64,000 nucleotides of DNA. Source: Octopus sinensis (lineage: Eukaryota). Below are positions 37,035 through 50,820 of this stretch, piece by piece. The notes under the pieces were generated by a model. The model was not told where the DNA came from. It saw only the letters and a list, made by a program, of their open reading frames with translations, and did no database searches. The first letter of the stretch is position 1. Every line of letters starts with the position of its first letter. The stretch is from the NCBI RefSeq assembly GCF_006345805.1, contig NC_043014.1, positions 7,874,001 to 7,938,000 of the forward strand, read 5' to 3'. The translations under genes were made by a program, and so were the position numbers.

Positions 37035-37997
37035 TATGTAAATAAATAAACTAATATGTTTATGCACACACACACACACGCACAAACACGCTGAATGAAT
37101 TGAAATTCATTGGATGAACCCACAAACAAGCATACATATGCATAGATACATGCATTTGAATATATATGGGTGTTTGTTTATTGTTCATATAATTTATATG
37201 CGTAAAAGTTAAGAATAAAAGTTCAGAATACATGTGTGAAATTTATATATTTTTTTACACTCTTTCGTGAAATAATACTGAAATTTATTTGGGAATAAAA
37301 TTTTGTGGTGTCTGTATATGTGAGAATTCTATTGAATAAAATTATGCTGAATAGTGACTCATTTAAACATGAAATTGTGGTATTTCGACTTTTTTGTGCA
37401 CTCTTATTATTTATTGCTTTGTTTTGCAAGATGTAATGTCAGAAATAATAGTGTTTTGTTTTCATATTTTAACTTGATTTATTCATTTCATAAAGATTCC
37501 TTATAGATTTTGTCTCAAAACAATGATAGTGCCTAGTTGTCGGGTAGAAGTGTACATAAAAGAAGTACACACGATTGTGCACAAATAAAAATATCCATAA
37601 CTTGTTTAGGTCTTTTTGGACAGCCATGCGTGACAATTTCATAAGGTGTTAACAAAAACTGCAACTCGTCAGGTCTTTTCCCAACCACCGAGAGAACTAC
37701 CTGTAGGTTATTTTTTCATATCAAGTCTAAATATGCATTTAATAATTACGTAAGCACGGAAAATTACTTACATCTCTCGATATATAACTATAACTCCTTT
37801 GATTTACTGTACTTTATAAGTAATCATTATAAGCACTAACTTGCATGTTGTTACTTATATGTTTTTTTGTACAAACTGATATATATATATGTGTATATAT
37901 GTATTTGTTTGCATGTTTGCAAGTGTTTGTATGTAATATTTGCATTTCTGCATGCATATAAATCTATCTATCTATCTATCTACTATCTATCTATCTA

Positions 37998-38047
<50 letters not shown>

Positions 38048-38073
38048 ACTAATCTATCTATTATCTACGTATG

Positions 38074-38104
<31 letters not shown>

Positions 38105-38759
38105 TATAAAGTATATATTAACGAAAAGATATGACATAGGAAAAGTTCCATATCATAACCATATTTTATACTGTTTCATCTTTTTCTCTTATTACCGCTC
38201 TATAATCATCTACCACTTGTTCTAAAACATGTATATTGAGTTCTATACCAAGTCATCTGTCGCGCAATGCTTAAGCTAAATGTGTGTGTATACACACGCG
38301 CGCGCACGCGGGCACACATACGTATAAAATAAAAGAAGGAAAATGCTCACAATTTAGATAGTTTTACTATATTTTTGAAATATATTTTATAAGTAAAAGT
38401 GTATTGTGTTTGTCGACCAGTTTCGCCATCGCTAGTCATGATATTGAAACTATAGTAAATTCGTATTTTCTCAAGAAGATTTTAGTCCTTTTTGTGTGTG
38501 GAGATGTTTGTGAATGAATGAATCAACAAAACATTACAATATTTAAGGGTAGGTAATTGGTGATCGTTATTATTCGGGACAGGGGAGGTAATGAATAAAT
38601 ATAGAAAACACCAAAAGATAAATTAGTGAGATGCAATATGTTCAGTAATGAGTATGTGATCACGAATTAAAACATATACTGATACCAAAGTTGGTTACGC
38701 ATTCGTATTAGGCGTGTTCTGAATTTTTCGATAAATACATTTTCTTTATTTAAGCGTTC

Positions 38760-39136
38760 TTTTTCTTTTATTCTTTTACTTGTTTCAAGCATTTGACTGC
38801 GGCCATGCTGGAGCACCGCCTTCAGTCGAGCAATTGACCACAGGACTTATTCTTTGTAAACCTAGCACTTACTCTATCGGGCCACTTTGTCGAACCGCTA
38901 AGTTACGGGACGTAAACACACCAGCATCGGTTGTCAAGCGATGTTGGGGGACACACCACACACATATATATATACGACGGGCTTCTTTCAGTTTCCGTCT
39001 ACCAAATCCACTCACAAGGCTTTGGTCGACCTGAGGCTATAGTAGAAGACACTTGTCAAGATGCCATGCAGTGGGACTGAACCCGGAACCATGTAGTTGG
39101 TAAGCAAACCACTTACCATACAACCACTCCTGCGCC
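38760..39136 (-). mobile_element. CORE-type SINE
   Basis: Family match; another partial copy at ~39400-39545. Confidence 0.88.
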
Positions 39137-39689
39137 TTGCACTGGTAGATGGGGAAAACTGTGAAGCTTTGTTGGATATTACCTTCACATGTGTATATGT
39201 ATTCACTTAAAGGAATCTGTCTGTACTGCAGGAAACGAGTCTATTCCTTGTGTAGTGTGGTTCTCCATCTAAGCGTCATACTTGTCTGTCGTATATAGTT
39301 ATGACCACAACCTGAACAAGTTATAACATAAATTAGATTCTCGGAAGCACAAGTGAAGACCCACAAACGCACACACACATACACACACACATACATATAT
39401 ACATATGACGGGATTCTTTCAGTTTCCGTCTACCAAATCCACTCACAAGGCATTGGTCAGCTCGAGGATATAGTAGAAGACATTTACCCAAGGTACCATG
39501 CAGGGGGACTGAACCTGGAACCATGTGGTCGGTAAGCAAGCTACTTTATTTTCAAAAAAATTGCCATAAAGGCATGATACTGAGTAGCTTGTGGGCTGGA
39601 CAGAAACATTGATGAGATGAATGATGATATCAATGGGAGGACACAAAAAACGCCCGTCGATTCTTTGCTTCTCTAAAACATTACTTTTT

Positions 39690-41760
39690 ACACAAAAAAG
39701 AAACCGAGGTATTGAACCTCTTACTTCCGTTTTACAATTATTGGACTTAATAGTCCATTTACAAATTGAAACATTATTATTTTTAACAAAAAAAAAAAAA
39801 CAGACCGAGGTACTGTACCTCTTACTTATTAGACTTAATAGACCATTTACAAATTAAAATATTTTTTACACAAAAAACAAAACGATATATTGAACCTCTT
39901 CCGTTTTTTCGATTTTTGTACTTTATAGTCAATTTACAAATTGAGGCGCTGAGCCTCTTTCACACTTAAACATTATAACGCTGAGGCATTTCAATCTCTT
40001 GTCAATTTTCCTCCCCAACATCGCTTGTGCCCGTATACTCCGCCATCACCCACGCCTCGTTTAAAACCAAGGCGGGCTCTGAGTCGGCATCGCCCGGCCA
40101 CAAGCGATATTCCTCTTTGAGTCCCTCCAGCCAACATATCAAGGGCAACGTTATGGTTTCCACAGCTATCTGCGGAGGCCATTCGGGTTCTCGTGTGAAA
40201 GTTAAAGGTATTCCCTTATAGTGTTTTTCCACCACCTTTCTACCTCTCCACCTCTGTAGAAGATCAATAATTTGTCATCCTCCGGGATCGAAGTAGTCAA
40301 TTCTACCGTTGGCAGCACAATTCCCGCCAACGGTGTCTCTTCCTCTGCCGGCAGCACAACCGACGAGGTTTCGGGACATTCCGGTACTATGTCACCGGCT
40401 GCCGGCAATGTCCCGTTTTTCTTCCTCTTCCTCACTTTTTTATTCTCAGCTGGGGGAGGGTGCGTCTCATCCGTGACCAGGAGATTCGCTTCCCTCCCTC
40501 ATCCCTAGGATCCTTCGGTGAGCACCCATTATTGCTCACCTTATTCCTCTTGCAGCCCTTCTTTGAGGAGTCCTCCGCCTCCTGGCTGCCTTCGTTCCTT
40601 CTTCTACAGAAGTCTCCATCAACTGCTCCAGGTCTTTTCTTTGTTCCTGAGGACAGTTTTTCTTTATATCGCCAGGCTGCAGGTACCGATGACACATGTG
40701 GGGGTGGAAACCCTCATGAATCACCGGGTACCTGCACCCGGCCATCCTAAAAAAATCTGGACAAACCAGATTATCGACTGATTGGATCCACAGGGTCAAA
40801 ACAGCTTTCGACCCCACTCAATCAGCTGCAGGCAGAATTTTGACATTTAAGAGCTTGGCTCTGTTGCCACCCAGACCCCGACAGATAGTGTCTTCTATCC
40901 ACTCGGGCTCTATTTCGGGTGGAAGCCCACACACCCAAGCTCTTGTCAATTTCCTCCCACCAAATGTGGGGGGAAGCAGACTTTTCTTCCCTTCCAAGGG
41001 TTGGCTCGCAAAAAACTCGAGCCTCCCCAGAGGTGTCAAACTACACCGTTGCATATTTGCTACCCCTTGCAATAAACTTAACAGTTGGTAGTTATTCTGC
41101 CAACTCCTTTTCAATATCCGTCTGAGAGAACACAGTGATAGTGTCGAGGGACTTAGAATATGTCCTCAACACCACCGTTCTCTCATTAAAGTTTTCTCCC
41201 ACTGCTTGAGAGTCACAATTTTTCACTCCACTACAGTGTCTTTTTATTTTGTTGCCATGCTTGCAAAAGAAAAAATAAAGAAAAATGTTCAACACAAAAT
41301 CCAAAATGTTCCAAATAAAAGTCCAAGAAAAATACAAAAAAGAACAGAAAGACAGAGCAGAGAAAAAGAACGATGGAAGACAGTTCAATTCACGGCAACA
41401 CAATTCCGCCACTCAGGTAATCCACAACAATACAGGTACTCCAGTTCACCGTCGCAGCACACAAAAATTCCTCCATGAATTCATAAAATTTCCAGATTTT
41501 GGTATCGAGACACGCCCACCAAAACAACAATTCTCACAGCTAAGTGAGTCACTTGGCGCGACCGCAGCAGACAAATGTCTAGAACCCAGTGAGGATTTCT
41601 TATTCGAGAAAAAAAAACAATATAAAAAAAATTAAATTCCCCACCGAATCCCTAAAAAGACAGATGCCTACCTTGCAGTCGCACCTTCAACGATTCTTTA
41701 ATTCAAGACGGCTTCCAAGTACGTCTTGACAGTGTTCACTCTGACAAACTCAGGCATGCG
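39690..41760 (-). mobile_element. L1/Tx1-like ORF1 (gag-like) remnant with 5' UTR, no ORF2 visible
   Basis: ATG near 41258; ERTVVLRTY...GRKLTRAWVCGLPPEIEPEWIED...; degenerate zinc knuckle CHR(Y)LQPG(D)IKKNC near 40655-40700; three degenerate ~90-bp repeats at 39690-39945. Confidence 0.55.
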
Positions 41761-42404
41761 TAAGCGAGGTAAGCAAGCTACTTATCCTACGGTCACTACT
41801 GCGCCTATGGTTACTTACCCCATTACTTATACATATATTTATACACACGTACATAGAAACATACATACGTACGTACATGCATATATACACGCACAGAGTT
41901 TAGCAATGTTGAACTTTGTTGTATTTTGTTAACATGCTTTACGTTCACAGGTCAGCTTCTACTGGTTGTATTGCATTTTTTGGAAATCAGTGAAATAAAT
42001 GATAGCTACATAATGTCACCCTTTTAAAGCCTTGTTATTATTCCAGTATTTGAAATCAATACCCAGAAGAACTTTATTTATATGAGAAATGTAAGCACTC
42101 TAAAGAATGCCATTAGTGATTTCAAATTTTGGCACCTTAAAAGAATGCCCTTATTACAGCCCAAGATAGGACGGCGAGCTGCCAGAAATCGTTAGCATGC
42201 CGGGCAAATTGCTTAGCCTCATCTCGTCCATCTTTACGTTCCGAGTTCAAATTCTGCCGAGATTGACTTTGCTTTTCATTCTTCGGAGATGGACGAAAGA
42301 AGTAACAATAGTGCACTGGAGTTGATATAATCGACTTACCTCTCCGCCGAGCTTGCTAAACTTGTGTCAAAATTTGAGGCTATCATTACTACACAGGATG
42401 AATA

Positions 42405-42780
42405 TCTTTATATAAAAAAGTGAGGTTGTGTGCTGTCTGTCTCCTACGATTTAGATTCCTTACTCCCACATTTTGCGGTGCAGTTTAACCAAAACCGGGT
42501 ATCTTATAGTCGTGATTCATATCGAGCCCTTCTGGGTATTAGCGCGCGTCTACGATGAGTCTACGATTTAAAAAAATTTACCATCAATTTTTCTCATTTT
42601 TAATGCATTTTTAGCATATATAAGGGAAGTAACTCTCTAAAAATTTACTATTAAACCTCAGAACGTAAAAAGCTACAGTAACACCCACCCCTTTGTGGTT
42701 AGCCATATTGAGATGGCTATTATACTTTACATCTCTAAAAATGCTTATATAGTTATTTCCCTTACAAACCCGAGCAACGC
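42405..42780 (+). mobile_element. Non-autonomous Helitron, 3' end truncated
   Basis: A|TCTTTATATAAAAAAGTGAGG start; stops in hairpin CCCGAGCAACGC with no CTAG. Confidence 0.85.
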
Positions 42781-42873
42781 AAATAACAAAACTTCTGTAC
42801 CTAAAGCCTAACGTCAACAGATGGTGTTGTATATGCGTTTTGGAGTGAATGCTATATACATATGTATATTAAA

Positions 42874-43770
42874 GTTGACAGAAAAGTTAGCAGGCCGGGC
42901 GAAATGCTTAGCGGTATTTTGTCTGCCGTTACGTTCTGAGTTTAAATTCCGCCGAGGTCGACTTTGCCTTTCATCCTTTCGGGGTCGATAAATTAAGTAC
43001 CAGTTACGCACTGCGGTCGATATAATCGACTTAATCCGTTTGTCTGTCCTTGTTTGTCCTCTCTGTGTTTAGCCCCTTGTGGGTAGTAAAGAAATAGGTA
43101 TTTTGTCTGTCGTTACGTTCTGAGTTCAAATTCCGCCGAGGTCGACTTTGCCTTTCATCCTTTCGGGGTCGATAAATTAAGTACCAGTTACGCACTGCGG
43201 TCGATATAATCGACTTAATCCGTTTGTCTGTCCTTGTTTGTCCTCTCTGTGTTTAGCCCCTTGTGGGTAGTAAAGAAATAGGTATTTTGTCTGTCGTTAC
43301 GTTCTGAGTTCAAATTCCGCCGAGGTTGACTTTGCCTTTCATCCTTTCGGGGTCGATAAATTAAGTACCAGTGAAACACTGTGGTCGATATAATCGACTT
43401 AATCCGTTTGTCTGTCCTTGTTTGTCCTCTCTGTGTTTAGCCCCTTGTGGGTAGTAAAGAAATAGGTATTTTGTCTGTCGTTACGTTCTGAGTTCAAATT
43501 CCACCGAGGTTGACTTTGCCTTTCATCCTTTCGGGGTCGATAAATTAAGTACCAGTGAAACACTGGGGTCGATATAATCGACTTAATCCGTTTGTCTGTC
43601 CTTGTTTGTCCTCTCTGTGTTTAGCCACTTGTGGGTAGTAAAGAAATAGGTATTTTGTCTGTCGTTACGTTCTGAGTTCAAATTCCGCCGAGGTCAACTT
43701 TGCCTTTCATCCTTTCGGGATCGATAAATTAATCACCAGTTGCGTACTGGAGTCGAAATAATCGACTAAC
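42874..43770 (+). mobile_element. Meta-like SINE concatemer (head + four 184-bp units + partial)
   Basis: Unit starts TATTTTGTCTG at 42915, 43099, 43283, 43467, 43651. Confidence 0.93.
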
Positions 43771-44527
43771 CCCCGTCCCAAAAATTTCGGGCTTTGTGCC
43801 TAGAGTAGAAAAGTATATGTATATGTACATATGATGTGTAATGTGTCATCTTTAGTTAAAATTCTGTACAAATATATCCACGCTGTTCTTTAAAACAAAA
43901 GGCAAGGCTTTATATCCTTATCTAAATTTCTACTCGTTAATATGATGAGAAAGCAATATTTTGATGTAAAGACAGAATTCGTTAAGTTTGTTCTTTCTTT
44001 CTTGTTATAAGTCAGATGGGAAGGGCAGATTGGGACATAATTATAAGGGAGAAAGATACAGGTGAACTCGAACGTGAGAAACAAACAAGTTTTTGAGAGT
44101 TTGTATTATTCTATGTGTGTGTCTAAATACGTATTTTTGTGTGTGTGCATATGTATTATGTATTCACATATATGTGTGTGTGCGTATGCATGTGTTAGTA
44201 TTTGTGTGAAAATGTCTGTTTCTGTTTACGTGATCATACAATTTTTTATTTAGTGAAATTTATGGTGTGAAAATATTGACTCCAGTGTAGTTTTATGAAA
44301 AGTCACCAAAAATAACGTTTAAACTTATTGCGATTTATCAGGCTATACAAAATCTATTTTCTTCAAGTAATATTACAAAGCAATTTTATATATCAAAACA
44401 CATACCAAAATTGTTCTCACGTTTTTAGAAAATGTGGTACATCTTATGAATTTCTTTATGTATTCTTAGTCACCACCCAAGTAAAGTTGCTGTTATAAAC
44501 TCATAACTCGAAGAACAACTTAAATAC

Positions 44528-44604
44528 GTAGTGGTTAAGAGCGCGGGCTACTAACCCCAAGATTCTGAGTTCGATTCCAGGCAGTGACCTTAATAATAAT
44601 AATA

Positions 44605-44663
<59 letters not shown>

Positions 44664-45046
44664 GCCCTGATGCAGTACCAGGCAGTGGCTCTCATGGCTT
44701 CTGATCTTAACTGATTGGAAGTGTTATCATGTACATTGTTTTGTCTTGGTATAAAAGATGGGCTACAGCAAATATTCTGCTCAATACCACAGATTTGCTT
44801 GTCAGTTGTTTGACTTTAACCAGTTGAGCATGTCCCTTAATGGCTGACGATATGAAAATTCTAACTGGGCCCCACCTGCAAGGTCGTGTGCTGTTTATCT
44901 TGATATGAGATCACCATGTCGCGCACATACAGTTGTGATGCATGTGCCTAGTGTACCCTTATCAGACGGGTAGTCATGATGGGTATACTGGGCTTCATAT
45001 ATTTTACCCCTGTGTCACTTTGATGGCATGCACTGCTCTCTCACTC

Positions 45047-45111
<65 letters not shown>

Positions 45112-45350
45112 TAGTAATAATAATAATAATAATACGTATTTTTGTATGTGTGCATATGTATTATGTATTCACATATATGTGATAATAATAATAATAACAG
45201 CATCGAAAAATACTTTAGGAATGAGGAGCCATGTTCGAAATTTCCCCAAGACACCTGATGAAGGCTGGAGAGTATATCAGCCTCAACGTTGTGTTAACAA
45301 CAAACAAGATGAGGACAAATATCCGTCAAATGTAAATTATGTAAATAATG
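44528..45350 (+). mobile_element. Composite: tRNA-like head, (TAA)n, inserted body, (TAA)n, tail with degenerate HHR
   Basis: Head GTAGTGGTTAAGAGCGCGGGCT...GAGTTCGATTCC; tail acac-CTGATGA-a ggctg..cagcc-TCAA-cgtt-gtgt at 45251-45294. Confidence 0.6.
44665..45046. mobile_element. (TAA)n-flanked interspersed repeat, internally deleted copy
   Basis: Matches 46087-46640 except for a ~172-bp deletion. Confidence 0.85.
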
Positions 45351-46038
45351 TACATAAATCATCATCTCTTAAATATAGAACTGAAAAATATATTGTAAGT
45401 GAATATACATAACTAAATTCTATTCCTTCATATCTTATTGGCGCTACAGATATTTCTATGTTTGTAGTGTCGTATGTAGAGAAGCTAGCAAAATGAGATT
45501 TTAAAACCAGTCAATGGAAAGTATAGCGGTACACAGAATATTTCAATTTATTTGAAAATAGCTTCAAATACCGAGAACTCCCTGAATAATTCCAGTAGTG
45601 TGAAATCTGAGTTCAGAATTCAATTTATTTGAACAATAAACTTTAAATATCTACTCACTTCCTTATTTGTTTACTAATAGCAGTGTTTGAATTCATATAT
45701 GGCTGGTTGTTTTTTATCATTCGATACACTGATATTGTCAATAAGAACAGCGATTAAGGTTGCATTGTGTAGTACTTCATTTGACGCTAACTCAATCAAA
45801 AAGAACTTTTGAAAATCGAAGTACTGCAAAGCTTTGGAATGCTAAATTATGGAACATACATCCCTATAATCAATATGTTCTCTCAATCAACATTTCTTCT
45901 GTTCAATATAGCATTTAATTTCAGTACACCGTTCATGAGCATAAAAGTAAAAAAGTAAAATTCTACTTCATTTGCGAATAATATTATTCATACTAAGATA
46001 CCTAGTATGAACACAGGAAAATTTGTTCTTTTTCATAC

Positions 46039-46086
<48 letters not shown>

Positions 46087-46640
46087 CCCTGATGCAGTAC
46101 CAGGCAGTGGCTCTCATGGCTTCTGATCTTAACTGATTGGAAGTGTTATCATGTACATTGTTTTGTCTTGGTATAAAAGATGGGCTACAGCAAATATTCT
46201 GCTCAATACCACAGATTTGCTTGTCAGTTGTTTGACCTTAACCAGTTGAGCATGTCCCTTAGTGGCTGACGATATGTGCATCTCTGATCACTGGCAGAAG
46301 TAGTGGGGGAGCATCATAGCCATGTGTTGAGAGGGATTCTTTTGGGGTTTGAATAGTTCACCTCTGGAAACATGGGTGGTTCTTTCAACATCCTTAAACA
46401 ACCCTTATTCAGGGACCGTTTGAGCGGGATGGGCTACTCGACCTGAAGAAAATTCTAACTGGGCCCCACCTGCAAGGTCATGTGCTGTTTATCTTGATAT
46501 GAGATCACCATGTCGCGCACATATGGTTGTGATGCATGTGCCTGGTGTACCTTTATCAGACGGGTAGTCATGATGGGTATATTGGGCTTCGTATATTTTA
46601 CCCCAGTGTCACTTTGATGGCATGAACTGCTCTCTCACTC
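46087..46640. mobile_element. (TAA)n-flanked interspersed repeat, full copy (~555 bp), followed by the same HHR-like tail (46691-46815)
   Basis: CCCTGATGCAGTACCAGG...CTCTCACTC between TAA runs. Confidence 0.85.
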
Positions 46641-46832
46641 AATAATAATAATAATAATAATAATGATAATAACAACAGCAACAACAACAACATCGAAAAA
46701 TACCCAGGTTCGAAATTTCCCCAAGACACCTGATGAAGGCTGGAGAGTATATCAGCCTAAGTGTTGTGTTAACAACAAACAAGATGAAGTCAAATATCCA
46801 TCAAATGTAAATTAACAAACAAGATGAAGACC

Positions 46833-47130
46833 AATGCCTTGTGAGTAGATTTGGTAGATGGAAACTGAAAGAAGCCTGTCGTATATATGTATATATATAT
46901 AAGTGTGTGTGTATATGTTTGTGTGTCTGTGTTTGTCCCCCTAGCATTGCTTGACAACCGATGCTGGTGTGTTTACGTCCCCGTCACTTAGCGGTTCGGC
47001 AAAACAGACCGATAGAATAAGTACTGGGCTTACAAAGAATAAGTCCCGGGGTCGATTTGCTCGACTAAAGGCGGTGCTCCAGCATGGCCGCAGTCAAATG
47101 ACTGAAACAAGTAAAAGAGTAAAAGAGTAA
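46833..47130 (+). mobile_element. 5'-truncated CORE-type SINE
   Basis: Family match; flanked by duplicated CAAATATCCATCAAATGTAAATT. Confidence 0.85.
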
Positions 47131-48179
47131 GACAAATATCCATCAAATGTAAATTATGTGAATAATGTAAATATAATTTTCTTTAAAATTTATACTGATA
47201 AACAACTGACTTGCTATTATTTTTACAATGGAATTGGTTTGATCCTTAAAGATGATATGATATAAAATATGTCTACTAATTATTATTAATTTACACTTAT
47301 TCAGAACAATCAATGTGTATTTAGCGTTATTTGCCATTTCAAGAGAAACGTTTAATTAATAAATTTAGAAATCTTATTACGATATGAGAACGTAGGTATA
47401 AACTATAGGATATATATTTCCCTATTGTAAATTAAATATAATATCACTATTATCTTTTATATAATTCATTGTGTTTGTGATTCTGCTGTATTTAAGGTAT
47501 CATTACAATAGCTCACCATGTAAAAATATTCTAGATATACCATTTACCAATGTTACAAATTTTTCTTAAGTATGGGCCTGATTGTTAAATTCTCAATGTA
47601 ATGAAATTTTTAATTGGGCTTAATAGTATTTGAATACTAAAAAATTCTGCTTGTACAAGCATAGAGTGCCAATATGGATAGCATTTGCTTAACATATGAA
47701 TTTTAAGTGATGTCACGAATCATCTTCTGCTTCCTTTTTTTATAGCACTGTTTTTAAAAATATGTTGGACCTGCTCAACCGCAAGTCTATCGACATTTTG
47801 GTGTTGATTTTGACCCCATAAACCGACTTGTGTTCCTTCGAAATGGAGCTGTCAGTCTCCACTCTGGAGGCGTTCAACACCATGACCTCGGAGAAAAACT
47901 TTCTATTTGCACGGTGTCTGTGACCAAAGGGTGTCTTTACCCTTTTCGCTAGCTTTCTTACAAAGGGGTCTAAGGCTCTTAGCTTAGAGTTTTTTGGGGC
48001 AACCAGATCAAGCCATCTCAAGTGTAACTGCCCGAAATGGTTATGACTTCAGAGAATTGACTGACAAAAGAAAGCCAAGAATGACCCGTCTTTTTTTGCC
48101 TGTCCTTCTAATTGTTTCTCTGTCTTTGTATCGTCTATCTGTCCATACGTTTTAATGCCATCTATTGCATTTTTGTTCC

Positions 48180-48223
<44 letters not shown>

Positions 48224-48404
48224 AAAATTAGCACGAAGCGCAAGGATGCATAAAAGCATCAATCTGCTAGAAATAAGAGCTAAAGTCTTACTATAAACCA
48301 CTGTAAAGCACCAAGATAACAAACCAAACAACAGTAGGCGAGGAAACAGAAAGAATTGATATATTCAAAAGAACACCCATGAAAGAAAATGCTATTTTGG
48401 ATAA

Positions 48405-48460
48405 GTACATATCCGAGTTTCGGCTTTTGGAAATAATTCTTGGAGCCTCTTCAGTGTAAT
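48405..48460 (-). ncRNA. Hammerhead-like motif, isolated
   Basis: taca-CTGAAGA-ggct(18-nt loop)agcc-GAAA-ctcgga-TA-tgta; stem III has one mismatch. Confidence 0.45.
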
Positions 48461-48814
48461 CCACCTATTAAAAATTTGTGTCCGTCCATTAGCGTACTGG
48501 TCTTCCTATGCATTAAAAACACAGTACATGGTGCAAAAATATCTACGAAGAAAAACTTTCAAACACCAAGGTTTGAAATAAGATTTTAGTACTGCTAATA
48601 TCCTCTGTGGGTAAAATTAAAGTAATATGAACAGCAGTAACATTAGTGGTTCGCAGTGCTAATTTTGTTTATTTTATAGCTATTTAATGCTATTTTGCCT
48701 CCGAACCACTTATGCTACTGCCCGTTCATATAATCTACTTTAAATTTTATCCACAGACGATATTAACAATAGTAATGTTTTATTTCAAACCCTAGCGTTT
48801 GAATGTTTTGTTCG

Positions 48815-48854
<40 letters not shown>

Positions 48855-48865
48855 ATATATATAAT

Positions 48866-48897
<32 letters not shown>

Positions 48898-48910
48898 ATA
48901 TATATATATT

Positions 48911-48941
<31 letters not shown>

Positions 48942-49031
48942 GATAATTAGACTAAATGTTTACACGTTAGGCCACTGGAAAGGAAAATTTTAATTAATTT
49001 CCATTTCCCTTTGATATGATTATATATGTGT

Positions 49032-49099
<68 letters not shown>

Positions 49100-49175
49100 A
49101 TATGTATGTATGTATATATATGTATATATGTATATATATATGCATATATATATATCTTTATATATATATATATAT

Positions 49176-49222
<47 letters not shown>

Positions 49223-49407
49223 AATTGAGATAGGGGTTGTAAATGCAACCCTCTATGGGATAACATATATCCAATATACTGCTAGTGAAATACCCAACAA
49301 AGTTAATACATAAATGTTAATGATTGCGATGCAATCAATTCATTTACTGTATTATATGGGCAATGGTAATCTTGTATATATATATATATGTATGTATGTA
49401 TATATAT

Positions 49408-49592
49408 ACGAGATGCGTCTGCCACTATTCCAAGTAGTCCTAAACTCTTGCGAGTTGTGACCTAACGCCTCCGTCGATTTTTTCTTCACCTCTTCCAAAT
49501 CTGCAAATTTCGTTGTAGCAACCTTCATCACCAGTGATGACCTTCAAAAAATGGTCCAGATCATCTTCCAATTGTTCTTTCAGTTCACGACA
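49408..49592 (-). pseudogene. Heavily deleted mariner transposase remnant
   Basis: ELKEQLEDDLDHFLKVITGDEG joined to KFADLEEVKKKSTEAL; CTCG|TA-type end. Confidence 0.6.
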
Positions 49593-50021
49593 CGCATTCA
49601 ACACACACACACACATATATGTATACCATTTTTACCCCTCTGCAAAAAGATCTCAAATTTTATTTGATTTGCTTTTCGCAGGAAGGAAAGTTTCTTATCG
49701 AAGATACGTCTCGCCTTCACTTTCGAAACGTAGAGTAGATGAAACCATGGCGACTGAAGAAGGGGTTTTTTTCTTGTGTTATTTGTCCTGTACGCTATTT
49801 TTTTGTTGTTTAAAAAAAATGTCCAGTTCCTTGGGTTTGTGTCTATGTTTTCGTTTCTCATTGTGTTCGACGTTTTTTTTGTGTCCTGTACTCATATATG
49901 CGTGTATATATACATGTAGAGGTAGGTACGTACATATATGTATATATATATGCATATGTTTTATTTATTAATATATTATATATATAATATATATATGTTT
50001 TTAGCCCTTTAAATATACATA

Positions 50022-50075
<54 letters not shown>

Positions 50076-50478
50076 GTGTATATTTAAAGGGCTAAAAAAC
50101 ACTAGGTGGTCAGCCGTATGCTAGAAGTAGATCACCTACGATCAAACTACAAAGAAAAGAATGTTCTCTAGAGGAAAATTTAGCGGACACCAGAACAATA
50201 TGCGGGCAAGACAGATGAAAATTATATAAAAAAACAAGAATTAAACGCAGACCGGCGATTTCGCCTATTAACTAATGAATCACTTACGTAATCCCTCGTC
50301 CGTAGGCTCGTCAGTGCGATCGTTCCACAGGTAATATAATTTGTAAAACTAATCACCAGTTTTCCGTATAAAAACAGACACGTGCTTAGTTTCACCGATT
50401 ACATTGGGGTTAATTTCAAATGTCTGAGTTCTGGCGCGCTAAAATTCCGGAAACAAAACCTGCAGTAAATAATTACTG

Positions 50479-50577
<99 letters not shown>

Positions 50578-50693
50578 GTGTGTATATATTTATTGTATAT
50601 ATATATATGTGTATATATGTGTATGTATATATATATATGTATATATATATATGTATATATATATGTATATCTATCTATGTATATATATATGTA

Positions 50694-50780
<87 letters not shown>

Positions 50781-50820
50781 ACCTATGTATGTATGTATGT
50801 ACGCATGTATGCATGTATAT

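Noticed and set aside
37560-37710. Minus-strand exon after aacctacAG
   Set aside because: Weak pyrimidine tract, ambiguous frame, no recognisable peptide.
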